In this document: one piece after another, positions 13,501-23,928 of the stretch
How positions within the stretch are numbered: the stretch's first letter is position 1
How the letters are laid out: every line of letters starts with the position of its first letter
Assembly (NCBI RefSeq): GCF_040938485.1
Contig: NW_027271492.1
Location: 558,001-622,000 of the forward strand
From: Diadema antillarum
Taxonomy: Eukaryota
DNA length: 64,000 nt
Direction: 5' to 3'
Position numbers and translations under genes: made by a program
The notes under the pieces: generated by a model
What the model was told of the DNA's origin: nothing
The model's input: only the letters and a program-made list of their open reading frames with translations
Database searches by the model: none

Positions 13501-16500
13501 ACAAATAACAAGCAATACATATGTGTAAAAACCTCCCCAAAAGTTCAATTTTTCTCGTCATGATGTACTAACAGTACTCTGTTTTAGCAGTAATGTCTCC
13601 AAGACATTTGATAACCTTAAATGACTTTGATACTTCCTCTATAGTGATTTCCAACAGATTGCTATAGAACTTTAATCCTTAAAAAACATTTTTCTCATGT
13701 TATTGCTATGGCAAACAAAAATGATGTGGAATGAACGTTGTGAAAACAAAAGCTGATAGTAATTTGTAATGAATATGCTACTCAATCTCGTCATTTTTTC
13801 AATTTTTTTCATTAAAATATGAGTATTTTCTTTTTAAGAATTGTTACTATGGCAACTGTCATTGTTATGAGGTAACAATGTAATTGAAAAATAAAAGGAA
13901 TGTTATAATTAATTGAGGAAAATGTATATATTGACATATTTTGGCCCTAACAACATGTTTTTATGATGTTAAATTAAAAACACATGTTCTTTTAAAGAAA
14001 ATAATATGTTGCCATGGCAACGGCTGAAGACATAATTTAGAAAAATGGTCGTAGGTGGAATCCTTTTCAGCATTCCAGAAATAGAAAAAAAGCCGAAAAA
14101 TTAAACTCTCCAAAATTAATAATTCATTTATCTATTTTATCTTTTAATGGGATACTTCTCCTTTCTAGGGAAAAAATGTTGTTGCCATAGCAACGATAAT
14201 AATGTGGCATGAACGTTGTGAAAAAAGCTGATAATTATCATGGTAATTTGTAATGAGTATGCTACTCAAATTTTTCATTTTTCCATGCTTTTTTATGAAG
14301 AAAATAATTTTCTTTAAAAAAAAATAGTTGTTACCATGGCAACCGTCATTGCTATGAGGTTGCTTTGACAGTCAGAAATTGTGATCTTTTAATTTGATTG
14401 AAGCGATACGTTTATGTTGACCTATTTTGGTGTTTTTAGCGTGCTTTTGTAATGTTTAATGAAGAATACATGTTATTTCAAAGAAAATAATTTGTTGCCA
14501 TGGCAACGGCTAAAGATGTCATTTAGAAATATGGCAACAGGTCGATTCGTGTTTGGCACTGACAAAATAAAGGGAAAGCACAAAAAATAACACTATACAG
14601 AAATTTATTTTCTATGGACGTATCTTATTCTTGCTTTTCTTCCAATCGCAGTGTTTATTTTTCTTTAAAAGGCAGCTTTTGTCATGTTGTTGCTATAGCA
14701 ACGAAACTGATGTGAAATTAACAGAGTGGAAAAATAAGCTGATAATCAAGAAAGTAATTTATGATTAACATTCCACTCAATCTTGTCATGTTTTCTTGCT
14801 TTTTCAGGAAAAATGTGATTTTTTTTTCTTGATAAATAGGTGTTGCCATGGTAACGGTCATTGCTTTAAGGTAACCATGACATTATGAAAATTGTATTCC
14901 TTCTCAATCTGATTTAAAAGGATTTATAATGACATATTTCGATGTTTACATCATGTTTTCATGATGTTTGATGAAGAATACATGTTCTTTTAAGGAAAAA
15001 ATAATGCGTTGCCATGGCAACGGGTGAAGACGTCGGTTAGAAAAATGACAACAAGTTGATTCGTGTTCAGCACCCCCAAAATAGGGGAAATAGCACCAAA
15101 AAAATCCTACATAAAATTTTAAGAACATTACAACTCGCCGTCTACTATAAAGGGATGGTATCGTATTCAGTTGAGATGGGGGCTCAAGGTTTTTTTACTT
15201 TTTAGTTTATATCAGGGGGTCTAAAATTATGAGAAGGTAAGAATATGAATACAAAATAAAGCAAACAATTCTAAACGAATGCTTGGTTCCAACTTTTTAA
15301 GACCACTTTCAGTTTGGATATCTCATACAGCCATTTAAAAACCGATTTCCAATTAACTTTGAATTCCTCTCAGGATCGTAAGCTCTTTTATATTTTATAA
15401 GTGAATGAGTATTTCAACTGCTGATGGTCATTCCGTAGGGTCGTCAACCTGAAAGTGAAATATCGAAAAGGCTCGTTATTCTAAGTGTTTTCGTCAACTT
15501 GAAAATGAGCTCTATTTAGCCGAAAGTGAGTTCAAAAACGTTCTCCTTTTCGCCTTTCATTTTCGGATTAACGCACCTTGCACATATCGAGCCTTTATAT
15601 TTTCACTCCGGATTAACGAACCTGAGAAAATAAAACGTTCTTTTTCATTTCTGGATTGACGAACCTTCAGAATAAAGAACCTTATCTCATTTTCAGATTT
15701 AACGAGCCTTCGGATCCGAATAACGAAAATTCAGAATAATGTCACAATGTTAGGATTAACGAATCCTATCTAATTTTCTGACTAGTTTTAATGAACATCT
15801 AGTTACATTCAGAATTCGTGTGTTTCGAAATAACGAACCGGCTACTTTATTTTCGGATCAATGAACCTTCCAAACAACGAACATCATTAGCTGCAAATAC
15901 CTGAGCGAACTTCTGGATAATCCGGGAGTACGACGTTCGGAATCCGATGGTGCTCATCATGTAGAAGCCGAACTCGCGAGCAGCGAAATCGTAAGCTCCA
16001 TACAGATACATTTCCCCATTCCTCGTACCGTGTCTGGGATCCGTCTCAGACCATACCATACCTGCGTTATTATGTATATGTGTACATAATAATGTATGTA
16101 TTACTACGGATCATGCTAGTTATTCGAATGGGTCAAACCAGACGGAACGAGTACATTCATACTAATATCCTTCGTATGAACAATATACAGCGACAAAACA
16201 CAAATATACTAGGACAAACACAAATGCAGAGATAGGCTGGATTGAACTGAAATGTATTATACGATAATGAGCATAACCCCCCCCCCCCTTAAAAAAATGA
16301 GGTTCGTAATTGGAATACATGTAGATCTTTGAAGTCTGAAAGAAAACTAGAAAAGAGGTATTTCGTTAAAAAAACCGAGAAAAGTGAGACAGAGAATATA
16401 TAAACACTGTTTCAAAGCAATCAATGATGAAATTATCTTGTATGCTTTTGTCTTCAGCGACGTTCCAAAATCCGGCTTGTATATTGATTTGAATAGACAA

Positions 16501-17010
16501 AATGGCAAAGCCGGGGTGGTTAGATGGGCCATCGTACCGAAAAACGGATGGACTTAATAATCACGCATCTTAAGGATATTATGTTTAATAAAAATGACAA
16601 GAGATAAATCCCTCTATGAGACAAAGCAAGTTGCATACTGTCCTGTTTCTCTCTTTCTCTGCAGCTATTTTAACATCCAATACTCGGCATAATATGATGG
16701 TTGAAGTAGTTTTCTTCTGTAAGATTTAGCAGTCTTTTGTTCATGCTTCGGTTCTTGAGAGAGCGAGAAAAAACACACAAAATAAATCTGACTTTTGTTT
16801 TATGTTAACCCTAATGTGTGTCCGTGTGCGTGTGTCTTCGTTCATAAGGGCGTAACTTTTGATAAAGAATGCTTCTCTGATGTTCATTCTTTTAATCGCT
16901 GATTGTAAAAACTTACTGAGTCCGGACATGAATTTGTCGGGGGCACAGCACGGTTTATGGGCGTTGACCACCGCTACAGCAGCCGCAACCAGAAAGACAA
17001 TCAAGTGCAT
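4554..17010 (-). CDS. Ependymin-related protein, paralog A (232 aa, 6 coding exons)
   Basis: Exons 17010-16917, 16061-15901, 11623-11536, 5260-5063, 4795-4701, 4616-4554, all with GT-AG sites, 699 nt in one open frame: MHLIVFLVAAAVAVVNAHKPCCAPDKFMSGLSMVWSETDPRHGTRNGEMYLYGAYDFAAREFGFYMMSTIGFRTSYSRIIQKFAQKSTWIILDDLQYCEKRTMSSVREPSNCLRENGTYTGSAVIGGPNGVPVDNWKYGWNSHHSGRGCRGTLHLSVVQETCFPLGKIFTGKFSMGPGPEIFVMNSGGMMNMTLGIPDPERWFTVPSYCSDEFQIGGVSEQSAWYYLQTWRI*. Shows a signal peptide, CCxP, YD, CxP and NxTxGIxDPxxFxxPxxC, the hallmarks of the ependymin family. The last exon is less certain than the others. Confidence 0.88.
5763..6524 (+). CDS. LINE ORF1 protein (coiled coil plus RRM-like domain, L1-ORF1/Transposase_22-like)
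   Basis: Heptad-rich segment, then LEQYSRRSCLRIFGLEE...DIDRSHR...RPRPIIVKL...IAEDLT, the typical ORF1 signature. The likely start is the ATG at 5763 (MPTEAS), not the GTG at 5688. Confidence 0.85.
   Translation: MPTEASTSTTTRQSAAIATQVMADLVKNEEFIHLLESIVGNAIEKKLNELLEQVQGEVFDLKRDLEEKDREVKRLGEKVLHQEQNISRLEHTVDSLEQYSRRSCLRIFGLEEKKGENTDTLVTEVIQSKLGVSLDPVKDIDRSHRTGGTRESASQSSRSSSQKARPRPIIVKLNSYRKRKEITTNRRKLKGSGIVIAEDLTKRNQRLLSLARASKNITAAWSSDGRIIALISASGGKTATKLITCEEDIKKLH
6904..9781 (+). pseudogene. LINE ORF2 (APE endonuclease plus reverse transcriptase), disrupted
   Basis: Endonuclease motifs HFNCRSL, GLTETW, GGGTGVYV, VYRPPN, GDLNLD, TLLDNIF, SDHLPIF. RT motifs YRPISVL, QFGFR, FLDLTKAFD, GVPQGSILGPLLFLIYINDL, FLGVIID. 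A +1 frameshift in an A8 run (8349-8356) splits ORFs 6904-8391 and 8381-9781, and the catalytic FADD reads FADN (AAT at 9056-9058). Confidence 0.9.
11844..15147. mobile_element. 3.3 kb foldback non-autonomous DNA transposon, Academ-like
   Basis: Ends T(C)GTAGACGGCGAG / CTCGCCGTCTACTA, flanked by a 3-bp TAA duplication (11841-11843, 15148-15150). Long imperfect inverted arms are built from roughly 0.5 kb sub-repeats. TAG..CTA termini with a 3-4 bp TSD fit Academ. No ORF. Confidence 0.7.
15420..15890. repeat. Interspersed repeat with recurring GGATTAACGAACC motifs, next to the exon 2 donor of EPDR-A
   Basis: Repeated degenerate (G)ATTAACGA(A)CC / AATAACGAA units. Confidence 0.55.
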
Positions 17011-17188
17011 CTCGATCGGGTCTTGCTGCATGGAATTCAGACAGGAGGAGGAAAACATGATGATACCAGGGACGTGTGCTTCTAGTCTTGTTACCATGGT
17101 TACGTAGGCTGAAAAGCCGCTGTCCGAGACCAGCCTCGATGGTGGACGGTTAAGTGAAAAGCGTCCTTCTGGACGGCAGGCTCATTTA

Positions 17189-17762
17189 AAAGGACAAGAC
17201 CACCTTAATTATTATACATGTGGATTGAGTGAATGCAACAATATTAGTAGAACACATCAGTGAAAGTTTAGGGGAAAATCGGACAATCTGTTCAAAAGAT
17301 ATGAAATTATTTTTTAAAGGTATCTGCGCAGTCACTGCTGGATGAGGAGACTATTACAGTGTATGATGTTATATGCGTACAACGATATGAAGAAAATGAA
17401 AAGAGATTTTCACAAAACTTCACTTTTTGAATAAAATGCACATTTCTTCGACTTTTTACTCACATATGTTAAGGGTAATATTATTCCCCTTGCCTTCTGA
17501 AAAGGAGAAGTCAAGTGTTCTTTTGTTATTCGAGAAAAGTGAAAATATGTTGAATTTCTCTATTCTTTCTTTATATTGTTGTATACAATGTGACAACACA
17601 AGCTATAGCAGTCTTCTCGTCCAGCTTTGAGTGTGCAGAAACTTCAAAAATTCGTAACTTTTGAACGGATTGTCCGATTTTCCTCAAACTCTCACTGATG
17701 TGTTCTAGTAATATTGCTGCATTCACTCGATCCACATGTCTATGAAGGTAAGCTTGTCCTTA
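17189..17762. mobile_element. MITE with about 130-bp TIRs, just upstream of EPDR-A
   Basis: AAGGACAAG...TACATGTGGATTGAGTGAATGCAACAATATTAGTAGAACACATCAGTGAAAGTTT...GAAAATCGGACAATC is mirrored at about 17650-17761. Flanks are TTAA-like (Kolobok-like, inferred). Confidence 0.75.
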
Positions 17763-18074
17763 CCAACCAAAACCGTACAATGTGCAACTCCTCAAGGGAT
17801 CATCTGATTATGTGTATTCCTAAAACTTTCATTCACTGTGTCTCTAAGCTTTTTTTATTCATTGAATCCACATGTTCATCTATAAGGAAACTTCTGGACT
17901 TCCCCAAAGCCGCAACATTAAAAATCGTTTGAAATTTACGTTTGAAAAATTATTCTATCATCTCTCCTGTAATCACTCACCGAAGCGACTCTAGGACAAC
18001 AGTAATTACTTTTATAAAGATGTGATCATGGTATTATCACTGCATTAGATGAGTTCCAGGCACAATGATATATA

Positions 18075-20704
18075 TTTTTTTCATTTCATTTATTTCCACA
18101 ACTTGCACAACTGGTTAAAAAAAGAATGAACGATACAGGACAACATGTCAATCATAATATGCAATACAGGGTGTGGAGGAAGAATCAAAGGCCATTGACC
18201 TGTCAAGGCTTCTCCCTAGTAAACAGCAACAATTATGACACAATACAAAAAAGAAGAAGAACAAAACAAATCAAAACGAATCAAAACAAGACAAAACGAA
18301 AACTACTGATATGTACATATATTAGCATAAAGGAAATTATTACAGGAAGGCATTATTGCACGTATATGAATTTACATCATATTCTTTATATTTTCTCTTG
18401 AATGCAGATATAGAGACACACTGCTTAATATTATTTGGGAGACTGTTCCACATCTTAGGGCCAATATGTATTATTGTGGATCGTGAGAACTCATACTTGA
18501 AATTGGGCAATCTATAATCTTCCCCCCGTCTTGTACGATATCTACTTACTTCATTATTCTTTACAAAATCAAAATCATAAAAACATGGCAACATATTATT
18601 TCTAAACAGATACATAAAACAGACAGTTTGGGACTTATTAATATCAAATATTTTCTGAAAATTTAATTTTTCAAATAGATGACTGGAATGCGAATATGGT
18701 TTCGAGTTCGTTATGATTCTTATTGCACGCTTCTGAAGAACTAAAATTCGATTCAAATGGCATATTGCGCTGTTCCCCCAAATGATATTGCAGTAGGTAA
18801 GGTGCGGCAAGATCAAGGTTTGATAAAGTCTAACAAGTATGTTGAACGGTAAAATATGTTTTAGCCTATTCATAACACCGATTGTTTTCCTTATCTTCAC
18901 ACAAACCATATCAATATGTTCCTTCCACATTAATTTTTCATCAATTACTACACCCAAGAATTTCACTGACTTAACAAAAGAAATCTTACAATTATCAATA
19001 CATATATCAACTTCATTTACAATATATTTGTTTCTAGGCTTAAAAAGCATACATGTTTTATCCACGTTTAATTTAAGTCTATTTGCTTGAAACCAATCAT
19101 TAACTAAACAAAGTTCATGATTAAAAGTTGAACAAAGAACATTCATATCATTACCAGACAAGAATAAACTAGTGTCATCTGCAAAAGCAATAGTGTGAAG
19201 TAACTTACTTGAAAAATGCAAATCATTAACATATATAAGGAATAATAAAGGCCCTAAAACAGATCCCTGAGGAACACCAATATTTACACAACGATATGTA
19301 GACGATATACCATTTATGGACACATATTGCACTCTATCGCATAAATAACTCCGAAATAAATTCAATGCAGTACCTCTGATACCATATATTTCCATCTTTT
19401 TGATAAGAATACTATGATCCATACAATCAAAAGCTTTAGACAAATCTAAAAATAATCCAATCAAAAACTTCTTATTTTCAAAAGACTGTGCTATCATATT
19501 ATTTAATTCCATTAAAGCCATGTATGAAGAATACCCTTTTCTGAAACCAAATTGTTTCGAATATAAAATATCTCTTTCAAGTAAAAATTTCATCAGCTGA
19601 TTATATATCAACCTTTCAAATATCTTCGAGAAAACAGATAAAAGAGAAATAGGTCTATAATTTGTTAAAAGATCTTTATCACCTCCTTTATGGACAGGAA
19701 TAAGTTTTGCTATCTTTAAACACTTTGGAAACACACCATCCTTTAAAGATGTATTAAACATATTGCACAAAGGATTTACAAATAAAATAATACTCCTCTT
19801 TATAACATAACTGTCAATATCATCATATCCAGGACTTTTACCTGTTTTTAAATTTTGTACAATTTCGAGAATATCACATACTTGTATAGGCCTTAAAAAC
19901 ATAGAGTGAGGATTATTACTTGTTGATAAAAATTTCGTAAAATGTGAAGAGGTAGATGGAACTGTATTTACAATTTTTGAACCTATATTACTAAAAAATA
20001 CATTAAATGTATCAGCAATGGCATATTGATCACACAGAAATTGCCCGTTCGGTTGCAAAATGCGATATTGCACTTTTTCCCTCACCTTACAAAGAAGCCT
20101 GTTTATAATTTTCCACGTACCTTTAATATCATTATGAACATTCTTAAATTTATTATGATAATAATTTCGCTTCTTTTGACGTAACACAGCATTAACTTTA
20201 TTTCTACATGCAATATAAACAGCCTTTCGATACTCTGTTGGGTTCTTTAAATACTTCGAATACAATACATTTTTCTTATTACACATTTTCCTAAGAGTAT
20301 TATCAAACCATGTTTTTTTATATTGATTACACTTCCGTTTACTTTCAATATATGGAAAACACTGATTATAAAATTGAGTTACCACTTTCATAAATTTATC
20401 AAATTGATCATCAACATTCCCCTGCATTACATCATTATTCCAATCAATCTCATTTAACTTTTCACAAAATTGCATCATATTATTATCACAAATTTTGCGT
20501 TTATAAATCTTTTCAGAACTTTCAATATTACCGAAATCATAATGACAAAATACAGGCAAATGGTCGCTTACATCTGTAACTATAATCCCTGCCCTTTTGA
20601 CTATTTCAGGTCTACTTACAAAAATATTATCAATCAGTGAACTTGAATATTCAGTTACTCTAGTTGGTTTAAGTATCAATGGACTAAATGAGTACGTCTT
20701 CATA
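18075..20704 (-). mobile_element. 5'-truncated CR1/L2-group LINE with an uninterrupted RT frame
   Basis: Same 3' terminus as the element at 5344-10215 (TGGAAATAAATGAAATGAAAAA). ATATATA is duplicated at 18068-18074 and 20705-20711 (probable TSD). Truncated within the endonuclease domain. Confidence 0.9.
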
Positions 20705-20730
20705 ATATATAGAAACCAGACTTCACTCAT
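18340..20730 (-). CDS. LINE ORF2 remnant: C-terminal endonuclease part plus complete RT (796 aa, no stops)
   Basis: SLIDNIF, SDHLPVF, KSPGYDDI, YRPISLL, QFGFRKG, FLDLSKAFD, GVPQGSVLGPLLFLIYVNDL, intact FADDT, FLGVVID. The first nine or so codons lie outside the inferred TSD and are host-derived. Confidence 0.88.
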   Translation of the reverse strand: MSEVWFLYIMKTYSFSPLILKPTRVTEYSSSLIDNIFVSRPEIVKRAGIIVTDVSDHLPVFCHYDFGNIESSEKIYKRKICDNNMMQFCEKLNEIDWNNDVMQGNVDDQFDKFMKVVTQFYNQCFPYIESKRKCNQYKKTWFDNTLRKMCNKKNVLYSKYLKNPTEYRKAVYIACRNKVNAVLRQKKRNYYHNKFKNVHNDIKGTWKIINRLLCKVREKVQYRILQPNGQFLCDQYAIADTFNVFFSNIGSKIVNTVPSTSSHFTKFLSTSNNPHSMFLRPIQVCDILEIVQNLKTGKSPGYDDIDSYVIKRSIILFVNPLCNMFNTSLKDGVFPKCLKIAKLIPVHKGGDKDLLTNYRPISLLSVFSKIFERLIYNQLMKFLLERDILYSKQFGFRKGYSSYMALMELNNMIAQSFENKKFLIGLFLDLSKAFDCMDHSILIKKMEIYGIRGTALNLFRSYLCDRVQYVSINGISSTYRCVNIGVPQGSVLGPLLFLIYVNDLHFSSKLLHTIAFADDTSLFLSGNDMNVLCSTFNHELCLVNDWFQANRLKLNVDKTCMLFKPRNKYIVNEVDICIDNCKISFVKSVKFLGVVIDEKLMWKEHIDMVCVKIRKTIGVMNRLKHILPFNILVRLYQTLILPHLTYCNIIWGNSAICHLNRILVLQKRAIRIITNSKPYSHSSHLFEKLNFQKIFDINKSQTVCFMYLFRNNMLPCFYDFDFVKNNEVSRYRTRRGEDYRLPNFKYEFSRSTIIHIGPKMWNSLPNNIKQCVSISAFKRKYKEYDVNSYTCNNAFL

Positions 20731-21069
20731 CTTGATCTTGTATATCTGTTGGCCAACTTTACATTATAACATCTCATGAAATGGAGTATGGGGAAAACAA
20801 TGGCCATTTCTTTTTAATCATACCCTTCTTTATCATTTCCATTCTCCTTAGTCAAGAAATATCATGATAGGATGACATTAGGAATCAGCACTATTACCAT
20901 GCACTTGTTGCATGTTTGGCTTCCTCATAGCTCGGCGAATCCTGCCTAACGTTCCTTTATCTATGGAACAGCAAACGTACGCGTAACACGATCTTCTGCG
21001 AGTATTAATAGCCATACCACCGAGTGCTTATAAAATACTGTCCATGTTACAAAGTCGAACACCTATATC

Positions 21070-21216
21070 CCCGTCTTTCTTCTTACATCCCATTCCGAAG
21101 AACTTACAGAATGTGGAATTTTCTCTCACCAGCCTTGATTGTTACCTGATGTCTATGCTCTTGTCGAAAATGAAATAAAACATTGAATTGAATTGAATTG
21201 AATTGAATTGAATTGA
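21070..21216 (+). mobile_element. Short LINE 3'-end relic with (ATTGA)n tail
   Basis: GAAATAAAAC followed by (ATTGA)n, the same tail style as the larger LINEs. Confidence 0.45.
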
Positions 21217-22254
21217 TAGTCCTATGGTCTGTTTCAGGTCAGCAGGAAATGCACATTGCTTTCTTGAATGATGCAGTTATAGCTTGTATTATTATTATAT
21301 TCAAGAGCCGCTTACAGCTACTTTATCCCTCCCCCCCCCCCCCACACTTTATCCTCCATCGATCATGTCAATTATAAAGCTGGTATATTACACAAGAAGC
21401 TGGTCGACTATGCTTTGTTCTCTACTGATATGATACAAATCATGATAGATTTTTGTCGTCCTTTCAATTTTCTTTATGACAACCACAGAAAGTAGCATAT
21501 TATAAGAAGCATGATGAATAAAAAACGTTCCTTCTACTCACCTATCTGCTTCCGCCTAAGAATCGAGAACTAACTGCAGAGGACTTGAAAGGATATGTTG
21601 GTTCCCCTCCGTCACGTTCCGAAGTGGCGCTGGGTCAATTATGCCGGAAATTTTTTATCGTCATTAGATTTATAGAATTATTGCAAACACACTGAAAACA
21701 CTACAGTGGGCATGCGCTGAAGTGAGGTATCGAAATAACATTAATACACGCGCATGATACAGGCATGTCTCTGTTGTCGCTATTGATCAACAAAAACCGA
21801 AACTGGCCCGTCGCGCCAGGCACAAAGTGTCTCCTCTTTACATCATAACGTCATATTAACTTTTCAAGTGGAATTCGAAGCACAAGACTACATGAACACG
21901 AAGGACTCCTCGAGATTTGTGTAGGCTTTCCGATATCAAACTTATGTTGACGGGCTCTAATTGCATCCGAAAGTAAAAACGCGACTCAATATCGAAGGGC
22001 AAGTTACAGTCCAGCACTATATGTCAGTTGAAGAGAGGAGTGTAAGCAGCAACGCGTGATCTGTAATGAATAGAAAGATTCTAATCTTTTGTCTTAACAG
22101 CTCATAAAACTGACAGCTTTCTGATCATAATGGTGATGTGAGAATAATATATTCGTTTTAACCTTGTCATATAGATACGGTTTAATCGTGACAAGCGCAT
22201 TGATCATAATTGCTGACACTGACTGAAGGTATGCGATACCAAAGATTGTTTATT

Positions 22255-22286
22255 GCTGCCATTATCATTTATCACTGTTGTAATTA

Positions 22287-22347
<61 letters not shown>

Positions 22348-22400
22348 CTCATCATGATCATCATTATTAGTATGATTATTATTGTTATAATTAGTATTAC
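22255..22400. repeat. (ATT)n microsatellite
   Basis: Directly visible; it is the source of the spurious poly-I and poly-Y ORFs. Confidence 0.9.
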
Positions 22401-22443
22401 TACGACCTAGTACTACTGCCATTAATGATACTATACTCTCTCA

Positions 22444-22595
22444 CAGTGGCGGATCCAGGCAGGTGTGCACCGCCCCCCCCCCCCACCTTTATTTTTTGTA
22501 ATAACAACAGAAATAAAAAGAAGAAAGTGGGGGCATGCGCCCCCTTTATTTTTGTAAAGGCGCCCCCTGTTTACAGATCCCTGGATCCGCCCCTG
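22444..22595. mobile_element. CAGTGGCGGATCC...GGATCCGCCCCTG MITE (hAT- or P-type), copy 1
   Basis: Terminal inverted repeats and internal C-runs. Related copies at 23759-23928, 30652-30820, 40601-40834 and 47177-47338. Confidence 0.7.
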
Positions 22596-23758
22596 CTCTT
22601 ATTATCATTGTTACATATAGGTGATAGAATCAGTGATGACAATGGATTTCTTTGGAGGCCAGATGTTTCGAAGCTTTGGACATCTATGTCTTCCTCAAGC
22701 TTTAACAAAATGTCTGCTCGGCAGAAGTGTCTGTCGCATATAGATCTTTTGGTGTGGCAGGATGTCATACCTGAGTCAAGGGTAGGCTATACAGCATTTT
22801 CCACTACATGTCTATGATATTATGTACAGTATTAACGTGTATTTGTCAGTCAGAATCATGGCACAGTAAACACATACACTTTGTGCTGAGAGGCTCTTCG
22901 TAATTATGGATTCCGAGGAGGAAAGGAATGATTATTTTAGATAGTATAGTACTGTACATTTTCTGAGGGGAGTAGCCACAAATTCCGAAAAACTCTCGTC
23001 CTGATATACCGACCGCCATGCTTCACGAGGTGGCAATTTTCCGCGATTTTTATTTTTAAGCGGATTTAACCGTAATGCCGCTGATGTTGACAGGAGAATA
23101 CAATGTATAATAATATTATGAGTGAGACTGATCTGCAATGCATCATTTCTAAATATAGTAAGATACTACGCATCTCCAATATTGATTGAGTTAACGTGGG
23201 TTGTGAGCTACAAGACCGTGAAGATGTTTTAATTATGGGGAATTTAAAATTCATCTTTTAAGTTTCTATGTAGGCCTAATTTGGAACGTAAAAGGACAGA
23301 CCTAACGGCATAAGCTGAATACAAACAAGGAAGCGTTGATACACAGCAGCCTAATACGAGGATTTTTATTGATGAAGCATACTACTAACCATATGCTAAC
23401 AAATTTGCAGTCATATAGGCAATCTCACTTCCTCGTTTTGTGATGGGTAACATTTCCTGGACGTGTATATTTAGAATAAAGGAAGAGGAATTATTTTTTT
23501 CACACTGAAGTGGTCATGGAGAATTTACTGCTTAAAGTGAACGAGTAAGTTTTTGAGTAGAAACACTCGCCTTAATACCAAAATATCAAGGTGTGATTCC
23601 ACATAACGTTCTAACTTGCTTAAAAGAACTATGACGTGTGTGGATTCATGATACGCTCAACATCACTAATGTGGTCCAATGAATATCTTAATTATGTGAT
23701 ACATGTTATTGTTCTATTTTCCGCATGTATATTATCTTGGATACGCCGTGACATCATC

Positions 23759-23928
23759 CAGTGGCGGATCCAGAGGGGGGGCGCAACCGGCGCACGCCCC
23801 CCCCCCCTTATTTTTCGTTGAAAACAAAAGAAATAAAAAGGAAAAAATGAAATGAAACCCGGAAGTGGCGCCAGAAATATCAGTCACGCCCCCCCCCCCC
23901 CTTTACAGAATTCCTGGATCTGCCCCTG
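23759..23928. mobile_element. CAGTGGCGGATCC-family MITE with a 7-bp TSD
   Basis: CATCATC lies immediately on both sides of CAGTGGCGGATCC...GGATCTGCCCCTG. Confidence 0.8.

Noticed and set aside
15420-15890. CRISPR-like repeat-spacer array
   Set aside because: The repeats are short, degenerate and irregularly spaced in a eukaryotic intron, with no cas genes.
16741-17097. 118-aa single-exon ORF
   Set aside because: It is EPDR-A coding exon 1 read through into introns on both sides; the donor is at 16916.
22204-22422. Poly-Ile and poly-Tyr ORFs (also 54896-55117, 5127-5366)
   Set aside because: Translations of (ATT)n microsatellites.
22690-22768. CxxHF motif suggesting a THAP domain; FETSG match to EPDR exon 5
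   Set aside because: The other THAP residues (C2CH spacing, W, P) are absent and the surrounding EPDR motifs are missing; probably chance.
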